Shown here piece after piece: positions 61,301 through 64,000 of a stretch of 64,000 bases of DNA (within the stretch, counting starts at the first letter, position 1; each line of letters starts with the position of its first letter). The translations under genes were made by a program, and so were the position numbers. Under the pieces are notes generated by a model, which saw nothing but the letters and a program-made list of their open reading frames with translations, did no database searches and was not told the origin of the DNA. The DNA lies in the NCBI GenBank assembly GCA_030141605.1, contig JAQGDQ010000098.1, positions 62,001 to 126,000 on the forward strand, given 5' to 3'. The DNA is from Tubiluchus corallicola (Eukaryota > Animalia > Priapulida).

Positions 61301-64000
61301 TTCATTTGCATACCAAGTTTTTGTTGTGAGTAAACTGTCATTTTGCATCACAGCACTCTGCTTGAGATGATGCATCGAATTTTCTACTTTGTCATAAAGT
61401 TGAAGGAAATTGAATGAACTGCGCTGAACGAATGAAGTGGAATAACGCGATTATGTGTTTGACTTTAATAACCGGGCAGAACTCACTTGATTAAGTGTGA
61501 ACTTGCTCAGTAATGGAAACAAACCTTATTACGCTGAGTTCATTTGCATGTTAATACCAGTAAATGTTTTCACTGAGCATGTTAAGTCGTTATTAAACGA
61601 CATGTTGCATCATTAATCTTCGTTTGTGGAAAGTAGTTTAACTGTAGCTGCAAGGTTCTGAGAAAATGGGCACCAGCTTATGGTTTTTTAATGGATTCAG
61701 AAAAAAAATTGTTTGAAATAGTGAGGGCAATAATTTTTAAAAACATTTAGGATATGTTGCACCTTTGAGTCATCGGATTAGTTGGTTATCATTTAAGTAT
61801 GCAAATCGATTAGAAATGATGATACCCATAAACTCGATAATCAGTTACAATCCTGAGGTGAAGTTATCTTAACCTTAACTTAATGAAGGCCTTCGTAATT
61901 TTAAATTAGCTATTTGCCAATGAACTAATTCAAATAATAGGTCTTCGTGCGCATTACATTTGGCTGATTCCCTAATCTCCAGAAAATTAAACAAGAAGCT
62001 TACACCTGCACACTTCATTATTCAATTTTCAAATATTTTTTTTGATTCTGTATTTTTTACAATGAATGGCTTCATTTATACATAAAATTCTACGATTTTT
62101 GTTTTTAGTGTCGAGATGCCATAATAGATGGCACTCATCCTGTATCGCAGAGTCAAGCTGTACAGTTTGCTGGAATTCAGTGTCAGATCCAGTTTGGAGA
62201 CCATGTGGAAACGAAGCATAAAACCGGATTTTTGGATCTAAAAGAATTCTTACCAAAAGAATACTGCAAAGTTAAAGGAGTGGAAAAGAAAATTTATGTG
62301 GTATGTTTTTGCTACCGTTTTTTTTTTTGAATTTTTAGTGCACTAAATGGTGAGATCGTGAAAACAATATTTGTCCATGGTAACAGCAAAATTTGATAAC
62401 TTGGCACCAGGCAAGTTGACTCCCCTTCTGTTTATGTTTGATTGGCTTTTCAACAGAACAGAATCATCCTTAAGTAAATTTAATGAACTAATAGGATAAC
62501 ATAGTTCTCTAGATATATTTTATTTTGAATGACAACCGTCTATCCAAGAACAAAATTAGCTGTCATCACCTGTCAGAGAATTAGACACTTATGCCCCTAT
62601 TCTTGAATGTTCTTCTAGTAGTCTGTTAAGTATGTTTTTTTAATCCCTAAAGTTTAAGGCTATAAGTAAAAAAAGTTTCACCAATAAGATTTTGCTTCAA
62701 GTAATAATTTTACAGAATGGGAACTTCAAAGGTATTGTAGCTGTTATTATGTTCATGATTCTTTTTGAAGTTGTTTAAAATCAGTAATTGTATTGAGAGT
62801 GGCAGCCCAAAGAAAAAGTAGAAAATTTAGTGACTTGGTGACTTGCTTACTTCATTAAATGCTATTGTATTTTGTAATTGTATAAAGTACATGTTCAAAA
62901 AAATTAAGTCCATCAGTCAAAATTGCAAGTGTGATGGCATCGCTATATCACAGCCTCGCTTTGTTTGTTCCGATACAGTAAGATAAATTGATGTTGCTAC
63001 TTTTAGCCGGCTAATGATTTGCTCATTGTAAATAAGTTACTTGCCTAATCTAAGCCTATCTCCATAATCCATATGTAATTTTAATCATTTATTGGCTGTT
63101 AATTGCATTTTTTGCACTCATTTATGCATGAAATTATGAATTACAATTTCTCATTACGTACAATGGCTTATTACCCTGCATTCATGATTATTAGATTTTA
63201 TACTCTAGTGTATTAACATTTTTCAACTTTTAATGATTGATGCTTTTATATCAATGACATTAAATGATTGAGCACCTGCATATTAAATGTTCTTGGAATG
63301 TTTATGTTATTTGCCACTAGTGCTTAGTAATGCCTCGTTTATTTAAATACAATCAGTCTGGAAATGCCTAGGTGCCTGTGATATATTATACATGAAGGAC
63401 AGACTAGGTAATCTTTTAATAACTAATAATAATAATAATAGTTTTACTGCTTTCCTGTTTAACAATTGATGCCATCTTTACAGGAACATAAGAAATGTGC
63501 AGCGCTGAATGAATTGGAGGCCAAGGTCAAGTATACTCACCTCTGTCGTAACTTGAAGACTTATGGTGTCACATTTTTCGTTGTTAAGGTACAAGTTTTA
63601 GCTATACATTTTTTTTAGTTTTTATTAACTTAAGTTGTTCATCTGTGCCTCTGCACTGCTAATGACATTCGGTCATTGAAATTAAATGAAAACGCAAAAT
63701 GAAATTTTTTTGTTAATGATTCTTGTTATTGCAGTTGTAAGTTTTCTATTAACCCAATCAAGCATCCTAAAAATTGGATTAAATTTATGTTATGCAAATA
63801 AAATATTTTCTTATATTGGCTTCTCCATCATGTTCTTTTGTCTTAATTTCCTTAATTTTTACAGTGTTGAAGCGTAACAGTATTAACAAGATTCTAGTAT
63901 CTTTTCTTCTGCAGGAAAAATTAAAAGGGAAAAACAGACTTGTTCCTCGGTTGCTGGGTATTACAAAACAGAGTGTTCTAAGAGTGGATGAAAAGACAAA
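55221..64000 (+). CDS. TLN1: Talin, 3'-partial (FERM head F0-F3): join(55221..55356,56881..56978,57905..58034,59129..59208,59561..59779,62109..62300,63484..63588,63915..>64000)
   Basis: MVVLSLKISV...QFDPSTIVYDACRIIREK...DEDPKKGVWLE...RMLDGSVKT...KLHTDEE...SDQNIDSRDPVQLNLLYVQ...KTYGVTFF.VKEK.KGKNRLVPRLLGI is closely similar to the talin N-terminus. All junctions are GT-AG and in phase. The TLN1 symbol is nominal for a probable single invertebrate talin. Confidence 0.97.
55610..55965 (+). mobile_element. T2/Kolobok-like MITE, family B
   Basis: Starts TTAAAGGAAAG; internal similarity to 48850-49130. Confidence 0.6.
56881..56978 (+). CDS. TLN1: Talin coding exon 2
   Basis: PGDYGLFLADEDPKKGVWLENVRSLEYYMLRNG. 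Confidence 0.96.
57905..58034 (+). CDS. TLN1: Talin coding exon 3
   Basis: DLLEYKKKIRTLRVRMLDGSVKTLLVDDSKNVGDLMVAICTRI. Confidence 0.96.
58228..58591. mobile_element. hAT-like MITE in a talin intron
   Basis: Perfect TIR TAGAGGTGAGCATT/AATGCTCACCTCTA; degenerate 8-bp TSD CTAACAAG vs CTGATAAG; internal CGAAT-type subterminal repeats. Confidence 0.8.
59129..59208 (+). CDS. TLN1: Talin coding exon 4
   Basis: GISNYDEYSLVIEPPEEQKEQFATLRK (start of the F1 loop). Confidence 0.93.
59561..59779 (+). CDS. TLN1: Talin coding exon 5
   Basis: EKEKTLPRSERRMEELRRKLHTDEEIKWVDHGKTLREQG...DPVQLNLLYVQ. Confidence 0.97.
59817..59959 (+). repeat. Imperfect ~80-bp tandem duplication in a talin intron
   Basis: tcttactgaattttt-gtg-gattaaacagt-aa-aaagagttaaactgc...gtataggtc occurs twice. 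Confidence 0.8.
62109..62300 (+). CDS. TLN1: Talin coding exon 6
   Basis: CRDAIIDGTHPVSQSQAVQFAGIQCQIQFGDHVETKHKTGFLDLKEFLPKEYCKVKGVEKKIYV. Confidence 0.96.
63484..63588 (+). CDS. TLN1: Talin coding exon 7
   Basis: EHKKCAALNELEAKVKYTHLCRNLKTYGVTFFVVK. Confidence 0.96.
63915..64000 (+). CDS. TLN1: Talin coding exon 8 (3'-truncated by window)
   Basis: EKLKGKNRLVPRLLGITKQSVLRVDEKT. Confidence 0.96.

Overview
AT-rich eukaryotic (invertebrate animal) genomic DNA with GT-AG introns; the taxon cannot be determined from the sequence alone. I reconstructed three spliced genes by hand. (1) The last seven coding exons of a histidine acid phosphatase most like ACP6 (+, <1..9584). (2) A complete six-exon selenoprotein S gene (-, 14801..21693, 190 aa) ending ...C-x13-U-G-stop, with an in-frame UGA at 14807-14809, two hairpins right after the stop, and a canonical type II SECIS at 14135-14212. 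The ORF track misses this gene as a whole. (3) The first eight coding exons of talin, covering FERM F0-F3 (+, 55221..>64000), probably preceded by a non-coding exon near 24.2-24.3 kb and a very long first intron. That intron holds a 100-N gap followed by a near-identical ~7-kb tandem duplication with a gap-free junction. The rest is MITEs (hAT and T2/Kolobok-like), a CR1-like LINE remnant and microsatellites. I saw no prokaryotic-type systems, CRISPR arrays, tRNA or rRNA genes.
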